A stretch of 53,554 nucleotides of DNA from an uncultured Bacteroidia bacterium (lineage in GTDB: Bacteria; Bacteroidota; Bacteroidia; Bacteroidales; UBA932), in assembly GCA_902794615.1 (NCBI GenBank), contig CADBHY010000001.1, forward strand, positions 1-53,554, written 5' to 3'. Below the pieces are notes generated by a model. The model did no database searches, had not been told where the DNA came from, and worked only from the letters and a program-made list of their open reading frames with translations. Shown here one piece after another: positions 39,180-47,785 of the stretch (the first letter of the stretch is position 1; each line of letters starts with the position of its first letter). The translations under genes and the position numbers were made by a program.

Positions 39180-39180
39180 T

Positions 39181-40200
39181 ATGAAAAGAATCGGACAAAT
39201 TTTTCTTTGGGGCTCCCTGGCGCTTGTCGCGCTTTGGGTAATCCCCTCCGTGGTGAATCTGATGACCCTCGAGGGTTATTCCACGCCCTTTACCCTTTAC
39301 AGTTGCACCGTCCACGACTTTACGGCCCTGGACCGCGGAGAGGGGAGCGACTTCCGTTTCATCGACACCAAGGGAAATGTGTACGGAGACGAGGCCCAGC
39401 CCATGTTTTACGCCTCCCTCCTGGCCTCCAAGGGGGCCCTTCCGGACAGCATCGAAGGCCGGAAGATAAGCCTGGAAGAGATTGAGAAGAACAAAGTCAT
39501 CGTCAGCGTCCGTCCCAAGGACGTCAACAAGACATCGGCCCCGGTGTATCTTTTGATGGAGAGTGTACCCGAGCGCTTGGAGCTGCAGGACCCGGAAGAC
39601 GCGCTTGTTTCCCGCAAGGACGGAATCTATGTGTACAATATGGAGAAGAATGTCCTTTTGGAGGAGAAGACGGCCCGCCTGAGAAAGGCGCTGGATTCCC
39701 TGGGCTTTGCCTATCCCGCCAAGCTTTTTGCTGGCAATCCCAGCCACCACAAGGCCTACGACGAGGGATACCTGGTCACAGATGCCCGGAGCCGCGTTTT
39801 CCAGCTCAAGCAGGTGAACGGAACCGTGCAGGTGCGTACCTTCCCCCAGGCCGATAATCTGGGCGTCAAATACCTGACCATCACCGAGTTCGAGAACCAT
39901 GCCACCCTGGGATACCTGGTAGATGCCGACAGCAGGCTCCACATGCTTGTTCCGGACGGCCGGGTGCTGCCCACGGGCGTCACCTACGTTCCGGAAAAAG
40001 AAGACCTGCTGGTGGTAGGGGACCTCTTCTACTATACGGTGAAAACCTCCGACGACAAGGGCGAGCACTTCTGGGCCCTGAGAAGCAGCGACTTTTATCC
40101 TGTGGCCAGCTATGAACGGGCCTATCCCTCCGGCCGTTCCCTTCCCGGGCTCCGCTTCACCTCCTCCCTGGACAACTGGGTAAAACCGCGTTTCAAATGA
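39181..40200 (+). CDS. Membrane-anchored protein, DUF4857-like
   Basis: N-terminal TM, PFTLYS, GNPS.HK.YDEGYL; family assigned from memory. Confidence 0.7.
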   Translation: MKRIGQIFLWGSLALVALWVIPSVVNLMTLEGYSTPFTLYSCTVHDFTALDRGEGSDFRFIDTKGNVYGDEAQPMFYASLLASKGALPDSIEGRKISLEEIEKNKVIVSVRPKDVNKTSAPVYLLMESVPERLELQDPEDALVSRKDGIYVYNMEKNVLLEEKTARLRKALDSLGFAYPAKLFAGNPSHHKAYDEGYLVTDARSRVFQLKQVNGTVQVRTFPQADNLGVKYLTITEFENHATLGYLVDADSRLHMLVPDGRVLPTGVTYVPEKEDLLVVGDLFYYTVKTSDDKGEHFWALRSSDFYPVASYERAYPSGRSLPGLRFTSSLDNWVKPRFK

Positions 40201-42725
40201 GAAAAACCCTCCTCATAGGGTTTCTGATGCTGGGGATGGCGCCTGTGGCTGCCGCCCAGCAGAAGGATACGTCGGCCTCGTGGGTGTATCCGGACTCCCT
40301 GAGCTCGTTCACCATCCGCGAAGTGGTGGTGACCGCTACGGAAGAAAAAGGCGTCACAGCCACCTCCAAGATAGGGAAAGACGCCATCTCCCACATCCAG
40401 CCTTCCAGTATCCGGGACGTACTGGAACTCCTTCCGGGCGGCCGGGCCGTGGACCCCTCGCTTACCTCGCCCCAGATTGCCAATTTCCGCAGCGCCGCAT
40501 CGGTGAGCGGGAACTATGCCACATCGGCCCTGGGTACCGGCATCATCATTGACGGAAAACCTATCGGCAACAATGCCAATTTGCAATATACGCCGGCCTT
40601 CAGCTCCCTTGGAAGCGATTTTGTGAACTTGGGAACAGACCTGAGGACGGTGAGCACTGAAGACATCGAGTCGGTGGAGGTGGTTCGCGGCATTGCCTCC
40701 GTAGAGTACGGAGACCTCACCAGCGGCCTCATGAAAATCATCCGGAAACGCGGCGGAAACAACTTCAGGGCCCGTTTCAAGGCCGACATGAACTCCAAGC
40801 TGTTCTACCTTGGAAAGGATGCCGAGTGGAAGGGATTCACCCTCAACGCCGGCGTCAACTTCCTGAACGCGGAGGCCGATCCCCGCAACCCCCGGCAGAA
40901 TTACAAACGCCTGACCGGCACCCTGCGGATGGGAAAGACGTGGGAGACCGCCTGGCGGCACAGCGTGAACCTGTCCATAGACTACACCGGCTCCTTCGAC
41001 AATCAGAAGAGCGACCAAAACCTGGATTTCGGAGACATGGGGCCGGTAGAGACCTACAAGTCGTCCTATAACCGCGTGCAGGCCGGGGCCGATTATTCCG
41101 TCACGGCAACGGATAACGGAAGTTTCTTCCGCAGCTGGGTAACCCAGGCCTCCGTCAGCTTCGAGAAAGACCTGATAGACCGCTGGAAATACAACATATC
41201 GGCCACCGAGTCGCCGGTTTCCGTTGCTACGGAGCCGGGGGAGTGGGACGCCGTGATGGTTCCGGCCCGCTACGAGGCCACCCTGAAGGTGGACGGCCGG
41301 CCCTTCTATGTTTACCTGAGCTCCGTGGCCAGCTTCAAGACGGGGCTGCATAAGTTCAAGGGAGGCCTCCAGTGGACCTTGGACAAGAACTATGGAAAAG
41401 GTTCCATCTTTGACCCCGCGCTTCCTTTCACCACCTCCATGGGCACCCGTCCCCGTGCATATTCCGAGATTCCGGCCAACCATCAGCTGTCGGCCTTTGC
41501 CGAGGCCAGCGGACGCGCCCACGCCGGTGCCTGGGGCTTTGAATGGGCTGCAGGTGCCCGCATAAGTGTCCTGGCCGGTGCCGGAAAGGAATATGCCGTC
41601 AATTTCAAGCCCTACGTAGATCCCCGGGCCAATGTGCGGGTGGAATTCCCGCGGGCCTTCCTGGGAGACCATGCGTTGGAGGCGGGCGTGTATGCGGGCG
41701 CGGGGCAGCACACCAAGTTCCCCACCATGGATATGCTTTATCCTGCGCCGTATTTCTCTGATTATACGCAGTTTAACTACTGGCCCTCGGAGAAGGAGCT
41801 GCGCCGCGTGAACATGAAGGTGTTCAAGGTGAACCCCGTCAACTACGCGCTGGCCCCCGCCCGCAACCTCAAGGTAGAACTGGGTGCCGACGTCTCTTGG
41901 AACGGCTTCAACCTCACGCTGTCCCTCTTCCGCGAAAACATGAGCTCCGGTTTCCGGAGCGCCTCCACCATGGTGGAGAGGGAGTACAAGAAATATGACG
42001 GCAGCGGCATAGACAAGAGCACGCTTACCGGGCCGCCCTCCTTGGAAGGTCTCCCGTATGTACTGGACACCCTGCTTACGGCCTATTCCCAGACGGTAAA
42101 CGGCAGCCAGACCCTCAAACAGGGCATCGAGTTCACCTTTTCGGCCCCGCGAATCCGGGCCATCGGCACCCGCATCACCGCCAACGGCGCCTGGTTCGTG
42201 ACCAAGAACACCAACAGCGTTCCCGAGTGGGAGGTGCCGTCGGTGATGGTGGCCGGGGAGCGGTACCCCTATGCCGCATACTATGAGAGCAACGACGGAA
42301 GCACCTACGAGGCCCTGACCACCAACCTGATGACGGATACCCAGATTCCCTCGCTGGGGCTCATTGTATCGGCCTCTTTCCAGACCTCCTGGTACACCAA
42401 TCACCATCCCGTCCAGAAGAGCAGCCTGCCCTTGAAATGGGTGGACAAGGAGCTGCAGGAGCATCCCTTCACCCAGGCCGATGCTTCCGACCCGCTGCTC
42501 CGCTACATGGTGCGGGAGTATGATGAGCTGAATTACAGCTATCTGGTGCCTTTCGCCATGCATATCAACCTGAAAGTGACCAAGAAGTTTTATAGGGACA
42601 AGATAGGTGTGGCGCTGTTTGTGAACCGCCTGCTGTCCGTCTCTCCGGACTATACCCTCAACGGAAGCTATATCCGGCGCAACGTAACCCCGTACTTCGG
42701 GATGGAAATCAATTTCAGCCTATGA
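40197..42725 (+). CDS. TonB-dependent receptor (non-SusC type)
   Basis: EVVVTA TonB box, HIQPSS..DVLELLPG, GIASVEYGDLTSG plug, C-terminal YFGMEINFSL. Confidence 0.92.
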   Translation: MRKTLLIGFLMLGMAPVAAAQQKDTSASWVYPDSLSSFTIREVVVTATEEKGVTATSKIGKDAISHIQPSSIRDVLELLPGGRAVDPSLTSPQIANFRSAASVSGNYATSALGTGIIIDGKPIGNNANLQYTPAFSSLGSDFVNLGTDLRTVSTEDIESVEVVRGIASVEYGDLTSGLMKIIRKRGGNNFRARFKADMNSKLFYLGKDAEWKGFTLNAGVNFLNAEADPRNPRQNYKRLTGTLRMGKTWETAWRHSVNLSIDYTGSFDNQKSDQNLDFGDMGPVETYKSSYNRVQAGADYSVTATDNGSFFRSWVTQASVSFEKDLIDRWKYNISATESPVSVATEPGEWDAVMVPARYEATLKVDGRPFYVYLSSVASFKTGLHKFKGGLQWTLDKNYGKGSIFDPALPFTTSMGTRPRAYSEIPANHQLSAFAEASGRAHAGAWGFEWAAGARISVLAGAGKEYAVNFKPYVDPRANVRVEFPRAFLGDHALEAGVYAGAGQHTKFPTMDMLYPAPYFSDYTQFNYWPSEKELRRVNMKVFKVNPVNYALAPARNLKVELGADVSWNGFNLTLSLFRENMSSGFRSASTMVEREYKKYDGSGIDKSTLTGPPSLEGLPYVLDTLLTAYSQTVNGSQTLKQGIEFTFSAPRIRAIGTRITANGAWFVTKNTNSVPEWEVPSVMVAGERYPYAAYYESNDGSTYEALTTNLMTDTQIPSLGLIVSASFQTSWYTNHHPVQKSSLPLKWVDKELQEHPFTQADASDPLLRYMVREYDELNYSYLVPFAMHINLKVTKKFYRDKIGVALFVNRLLSVSPDYTLNGSYIRRNVTPYFGMEINFSL

Positions 42726-43105
42726 GAAAGTTCCTTCCTTTGATTCTGGCCCTGTGCCTGCTTTCCGGCTGCAGCAGAGACAACATCTGGTGCCAGCTTG
42801 TCCTTGTTCCTCAAATGCCTGAGGGAGAGGAGATTGCGGCACTTACCATAGACTCCTCCCTGCAGGGGAATTACTTGAGGAATATCAACACCTTGGAAAC
42901 GTATAACTTCCCTGCGCTGGTGGGAGGCCGTCTCCGCCTGACCGTTCTCAAAGGCTTCTATGCCATCTCTTTTGACGGGGTGGCCGAGCTCAGCTCCGGC
43001 AGAGAGAAAAAGGTCCGCTTTACGGCCTATTCCACCGAGGCCAATTCCGTATGCCTGGTGGAGGATGAATGTACCCTTACCCTTCCCTTGATTGTTCTGA
43101 AATGA
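42722..43105 (+). CDS. Hypothetical lipoprotein
   Basis: Lipobox LLSGC; overlaps both neighbours by ATGA. Confidence 0.75.
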   Translation: MRKFLPLILALCLLSGCSRDNIWCQLVLVPQMPEGEEIAALTIDSSLQGNYLRNINTLETYNFPALVGGRLRLTVLKGFYAISFDGVAELSSGREKKVRFTAYSTEANSVCLVEDECTLTLPLIVLK

Positions 43106-44583
43106 AAAAGCGCCTTCTGATACTCCTGTTTGCCGCTCTGCCCCTGACGGGCCGGGCGCAGGACAGTTTGGGCGTGGGCGCCCGTACCGCCGCCCGCCTG
43201 AACCCCCTGAGCGGGGAGGCTCAGACGCTGCTGTATAACGCGGCTCCTTCCTTCACGCAGGTGGATGCCGGGTACCTTCTCAGAGCCGAAGACCAGGCCT
43301 TCCTGCCGCAGGAGGGGAGAGGCCTGGGAGAATTCTTTGTCAAGGCCGATGCCCGCCACCGCCTGAACCGGAATACGGCCGTGAGCGGCGGGGCGTCCTA
43401 CCGGCGGGGCGTCAGGCGGGGCGTGTTCATGAACACCTCCTCCGATTGGGAGCTCCTGTATCCCTACCACACGGCCGATACCGTGGGAGGAAACCTCCAG
43501 AAGGAGCAGTACAGCTTTAACGGAGCCTATGTACACCGGATGGGCCGTTGGTTCGTGGGCGGGGCCCTCGATTTCCGCGCCCTGCACGAGTACCGCAGCG
43601 TAGATCCCCGCCCCCGGAACATCACTTCCAACTTGAACGGCAGCCTGACGGCGGGCCTGGAGACGGGCGGTCATGCCTTGTCGGCCCGCCTCCTCATAGG
43701 AAAATACCACCAGAGCCAGGACATCGAATTCATGGACCCGCGGGGCCACAACACCTCCATCCTTCACATGACCGGCCTGGGCCAGCATTACGGCCGATTC
43801 TCCGGCTCCGGCTCTTCCACCAACGCCCGTTTCCGGGGCCTGACGGCCGGTGCGGCGTTCTGCTTGGAGCCCCTTTCGGGCGAAGGAGCGTTTGCCCGGG
43901 CCGGATATACCCTGCACCGCTATATCCGGCACATCAAAAACCAGAACGAGGCTCCCATGAGCCGCCTCTATGTGCATGAGGTATCTGCCGTCGGCGGATG
44001 GAAAAACGGCCGCACACTGTATCGCGGCACGGTTTTGTACGAATACCGCAGGGGCTTGGAGGGCGTCCTGGACGTAAAAGGGGCCTATCAGTCCCTGACA
44101 GACCTTCCCTTGTACGGCCAGCATCGGCTGAGTGCCCGGGCCGACGCCGTTTTGAACTTTCCGGGCGCATCGGCCCTGTGGAGCCTGCGGCCCCGGCTGG
44201 GGGCGGAAACCCTTCAGAATGCCAATCTGAACCCCTACCGCGCCCTTTCCCTCACGGCTGCCGACGCCGGCGTTTCGGCCTGTCGCCTTTCGCATTCCGG
44301 AAAGTGGGTTTTCCTCTTGGAGGGGGCCCTGGACGGTCATTTCACGCTGGCCCGGCGGCTGAGCCTTCCTTCGGAAAAAACAGATCCGGCCCTTCTGGGT
44401 ATCTATTCGGCCCTTTATGGCCGCTGGGCCGACCATTGGGGCACCCTGCGCCTCGGGAGCTCCCTGACACGGGAACTGAGCGCCGGCATGGCCTTGAACG
44501 TTTCTTTGCAGGCGGAAGGCCGCCTGTATGCCACCGGACACCGCATGGGCGGCGTATCGGCCAGTATCGGATTAATTTTTTAA
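43102..44583 (+). CDS. Outer membrane beta-barrel protein, DUF6850-like
   Basis: Start MKKRLL (signal peptide); YPYHTADTVGG, YRSVDPRPRN, C-terminal F. Confidence 0.75.
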   Translation: MKKRLLILLFAALPLTGRAQDSLGVGARTAARLNPLSGEAQTLLYNAAPSFTQVDAGYLLRAEDQAFLPQEGRGLGEFFVKADARHRLNRNTAVSGGASYRRGVRRGVFMNTSSDWELLYPYHTADTVGGNLQKEQYSFNGAYVHRMGRWFVGGALDFRALHEYRSVDPRPRNITSNLNGSLTAGLETGGHALSARLLIGKYHQSQDIEFMDPRGHNTSILHMTGLGQHYGRFSGSGSSTNARFRGLTAGAAFCLEPLSGEGAFARAGYTLHRYIRHIKNQNEAPMSRLYVHEVSAVGGWKNGRTLYRGTVLYEYRRGLEGVLDVKGAYQSLTDLPLYGQHRLSARADAVLNFPGASALWSLRPRLGAETLQNANLNPYRALSLTAADAGVSACRLSHSGKWVFLLEGALDGHFTLARRLSLPSEKTDPALLGIYSALYGRWADHWGTLRLGSSLTRELSAGMALNVSLQAEGRLYATGHRMGGVSASIGLIF

Positions 44584-44595
44584 ATCATTCATACG

Positions 44596-46047
44596 ATGAA
44601 AAAAACACTTTTCATTTTCCTTGTCTCGCTGGCGGCTCTTGCCTGCCAGAAGGAAGGAGCCGACATGACGGTTTCCCGCAACGACATGAGTTTTGATGCC
44701 GCAGCCGGTGTTCAGAACGTTACCGTAACCACCCAGGGCCAGTTTACCGTGGAGTACACGGAGGGAGACTGGTACACCATTTCCTACTCCATCGCCAAGG
44801 GAATGGGCTATGGTTCCGTTACCGTCCAGGTGGAGCAGAACAAATCGGCCAGTTCCCGCAGCGGCGAGTTTGTTATCAAGACGCCCGCCAAAGAAGAGCA
44901 TGTGACCTTTGTACAGTCCCGTCCTGCAGTTCCTTCCACCCCGGAGGTGGGATATGTGACCCTGAACAGGCTGGCTCACAGCTTCGAGATTCCGATGCCG
45001 GCCGATTACGAGGCCAAGGCCGTTTCCAACGCCTCTTGGATTAAGGTGGAGGAAACCAAGGCGGCCGACAGCTGGACGGTGACCCTGGAGCCCAACACCA
45101 CCGGCGAGGCCCGCGAGGGCGAGGTGGTCATTGCCGCCATGGATGACCTCACCATTTCGGCCGTAGATATCGAGCAGGTGGCCGAAAGCGTACTGGAAGG
45201 CGAGCTGCTCATTGATGAAATCTACTTTGCCGGTGTTCTGCTGGAAGACGGAAAGAGCTCTACCGCTTCCGACGGAGACCAGTACATCATGCTCACCAAC
45301 AATACCGCCGAGACGGTGTATGCTGACGGCCTGTTGATTTGCACCTCCTCCTACATGTCCAACCGTTCTTCTACGGGCTCCTATTGGATTCCCCAGGAGA
45401 TTCCTGCCGAGGGAATCGGCATCAATACCGCCTACCAGATTCCCGGAGACGGCGACGATGTGCCCGTCCTGCCCGGAGCCTCCCTCATTTTGGCCGTCAA
45501 GGCCCAGGATTTCAGTGCCGATGGCGGCGCCGACCTCACCAAGGCGGCCTTTGAGTTCTACTACAGCGGCAGCGAGTCCTTCCCCGACGTGGACAATCCC
45601 GACGTGCCCAACCTGAACCTGTGGTTCCAAGCCTCCTTCTCCTATTTCTTCCTGCACCAGAGAGGCTACGAAAGCTATGCCCTGGTGCGTGTCCCCGACG
45701 GAATGGACGCCGAAAACTTCATGGCCGACCATGCCTGGACGGGCAAGGAAGATTTCTATCTGTTCGGCGAGCTTTACCGCACCCGCGACATCCGTTCCGG
45801 CAACTATCTGGTTCCCAACGAATGGGTGATTGACGGCGTGAACTGCGGTGTGGAGCAGTTCATGGGAGACCTGGCCTTCAACGCCACCGTCGATGCCGGT
45901 TACACGGGCTGCGGCAAGGTGGACTCCGACCCCGACCGCTTCGGGACCAGCGCACGGCGCCAGACCACGGAGGTAGGCATCTTGGCCGACACCAACAATT
46001 CCACCAACGATTTCCTCCGCAGCTCGAAGCCTTCCTTTATGGAATAA
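44596..46047 (+). CDS. Lipoprotein with BACON-like domains and DUF4876-like domain
   Basis: Lipobox ALAC; W..V...N....R BACON-like repeats; LLIDEIYFAG, DQYI.LTNN, DVDNPDVPNL, DTNNSTNDF. Confidence 0.8.
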   Translation: MKKTLFIFLVSLAALACQKEGADMTVSRNDMSFDAAAGVQNVTVTTQGQFTVEYTEGDWYTISYSIAKGMGYGSVTVQVEQNKSASSRSGEFVIKTPAKEEHVTFVQSRPAVPSTPEVGYVTLNRLAHSFEIPMPADYEAKAVSNASWIKVEETKAADSWTVTLEPNTTGEAREGEVVIAAMDDLTISAVDIEQVAESVLEGELLIDEIYFAGVLLEDGKSSTASDGDQYIMLTNNTAETVYADGLLICTSSYMSNRSSTGSYWIPQEIPAEGIGINTAYQIPGDGDDVPVLPGASLILAVKAQDFSADGGADLTKAAFEFYYSGSESFPDVDNPDVPNLNLWFQASFSYFFLHQRGYESYALVRVPDGMDAENFMADHAWTGKEDFYLFGELYRTRDIRSGNYLVPNEWVIDGVNCGVEQFMGDLAFNATVDAGYTGCGKVDSDPDRFGTSARRQTTEVGILADTNNSTNDFLRSSKPSFME

Positions 46048-46084
46048 TTTTGTATCTTTGTAGAAGTTAAATCGCTTCTACAAG

Positions 46085-47092
46085 ATGGCAGAATCTTTCT
46101 CAGACCTTGGAAAAGTAGAGGCGATAGACCAGCTCTATCGCCTCTCTGCGTATAATCCCGTCACGGGGCTCTCTTATACCTCCTCCAAAGGCGGCCGCAT
46201 CACTACGGCGGCCCGGATGTACCTTGAGGGCATCGACTTCAACCTGGTGTATTTCCCATTGAAACACCTCGGTTACAAATGTGTCGTTGGAGTAACAGGG
46301 GAGTTATATGCCGCGTTGGCGGCCCCCAAACTGCTGAATGTGGTGCTGGGGGTATCGGCCAAACTGGATTTTCCTCAGGTCAAAGACCTTTGGATGGGGA
46401 TTACGGTGGCGGCGAAAGAGCATGGTTATGAGGCGGTTAACCTGGATTTGCAGCCTTCGAACAATGGCCTTTATGTCTCTGTGTCGGCCACGGGAGAGAC
46501 GTCTCTTCTGACGGAAAAACGCCGTATGGCGGCCAAATCCAAGGACCTTATCTGCGTTTCCGGCAGCCTGGGCGCGGCCTATCTGGGCCTACAGGTGCTG
46601 GAAAGGGGTGCCCGGGAGTTCCAGGAAAAGGGCACGCAGCCGGATATGAGCCAGTACAAGATGCTGGTGGGTTCGTATTTAAGGCCCGAATTGGACGCTT
46701 CTGTGGTGTCCCGCCTGGAAGATGTGGAAATATACCCTTCCTATGGTTATTTTGTCACCAGGGGCCTTTCTGATGCCTTAAAACGCCTTTCCCGGGACAG
46801 CGGCTTGGGCGCCAAGGTGTATGCTGACAAAATTCCCTTCGAGGGCAACAGCTTCCAACTGGGAAAAGAGCTGGACATGGACCCGGTATCGGCCGCCATG
46901 AACGGGGGAGACGACAACCGCCTGCTCCTGGTGATTCCGCTCCTGCATTTCGAGAAATTCCGCCGGGAATTCCAGACGTTTGACGTGATAGGCCACCTGG
47001 CCCAAAAGGAGGTTGGCACGGTTTTGGTTACACCGGAGGGCGTAGAATTCCCGGTGAAGGCACAGGGCTGGCCGGAAGAAGAAACTAATTAA
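46085..47092 (+). CDS. thiL: ThiL (thiamine-monophosphate kinase)-like protein with a degenerate active site
   Basis: EGIDFNLVYFPLKHLGYK, DLICVSGSLGAAYLGLQVLER, AMNGGDD; several catalytic Asp motifs missing. Confidence 0.75.
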   Translation: MAESFSDLGKVEAIDQLYRLSAYNPVTGLSYTSSKGGRITTAARMYLEGIDFNLVYFPLKHLGYKCVVGVTGELYAALAAPKLLNVVLGVSAKLDFPQVKDLWMGITVAAKEHGYEAVNLDLQPSNNGLYVSVSATGETSLLTEKRRMAAKSKDLICVSGSLGAAYLGLQVLERGAREFQEKGTQPDMSQYKMLVGSYLRPELDASVVSRLEDVEIYPSYGYFVTRGLSDALKRLSRDSGLGAKVYADKIPFEGNSFQLGKELDMDPVSAAMNGGDDNRLLLVIPLLHFEKFRREFQTFDVIGHLAQKEVGTVLVTPEGVEFPVKAQGWPEEETN

Positions 47093-47105
47093 ACCCTAAA
47101 TAGTT

Positions 47106-47720
47106 ATGAAAAAAATCATCTCCCTTGTCATCGTTGTGGCCGCACTGGGCTTCAACGCCAATGCACAGAGCGTCCTGGACAAGCTGGGCAGCCTGGGCAA
47201 TGTCATTTCTAACGCTGCCGGCGTAGTGTATTCCGCGCCCATCAGCCTTAATGGCACCTATACGTACAACGGCATCGCCGTATCGGCAACCAGCTCCGAG
47301 GGCGGTATCCTCAAGAACCTGGCCGGTACCGCCGCCACCTCCGCCCTGGAAACCAAGGCCGACGAATACCTCTCCAAAGTGGGTATCAAGCCCGGCGCCG
47401 CCACCTTCACTTTCAATTCCACCGACAAGACCTTCACCCTGAACGTCGGCGGCATCTCCCTGCCCGGCACCTACACGGTGGGCGACGGCGAGAAGACGGT
47501 CTCCCTGGTGTTCGGCAAGAAGCTTCAGTTTTTCAGCATGACGGGCTCCCTGGAGTCTTCCCTGGGCAATGTGAAGATGGTTTTCCCGGTGAACAAGGCC
47601 ATGGGCCTCATCAAGAAAATCACCTCCGTGCTGGGTCAGAGCTCTTCCTCTGTGGCCTCCCTTGCCAAGCTGGCCGACGGCTACGACAACTACCGCCTGG
47701 GCTTCAAGATGAGCAAGTAA
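47106..47720 (+). CDS. Secreted lipocalin-like protein (DUF4923-like)
   Basis: Signal peptide; GTYTY.G, TFTFN..KTF, GTYT, LGFKMSK tail. Confidence 0.7.
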   Translation: MKKIISLVIVVAALGFNANAQSVLDKLGSLGNVISNAAGVVYSAPISLNGTYTYNGIAVSATSSEGGILKNLAGTAATSALETKADEYLSKVGIKPGAATFTFNSTDKTFTLNVGGISLPGTYTVGDGEKTVSLVFGKKLQFFSMTGSLESSLGNVKMVFPVNKAMGLIKKITSVLGQSSSSVASLAKLADGYDNYRLGFKMSK

Positions 47721-47741
47721 AACTTTTTGCAATATCAACAG

Positions 47742-47772
47742 ACCGCGACCTTTGAGGGGCCGCGGTTTTTTT
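47742..47772 (+). terminator. Terminator overlapping the dnaE promoter
   Basis: accgcgacc..ggccgcggt hairpin plus T tract; TTTG-N19-TACCTTTA overlaps it. Confidence 0.75.
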
Positions 47773-47785
47773 GTACCTTTACGCC

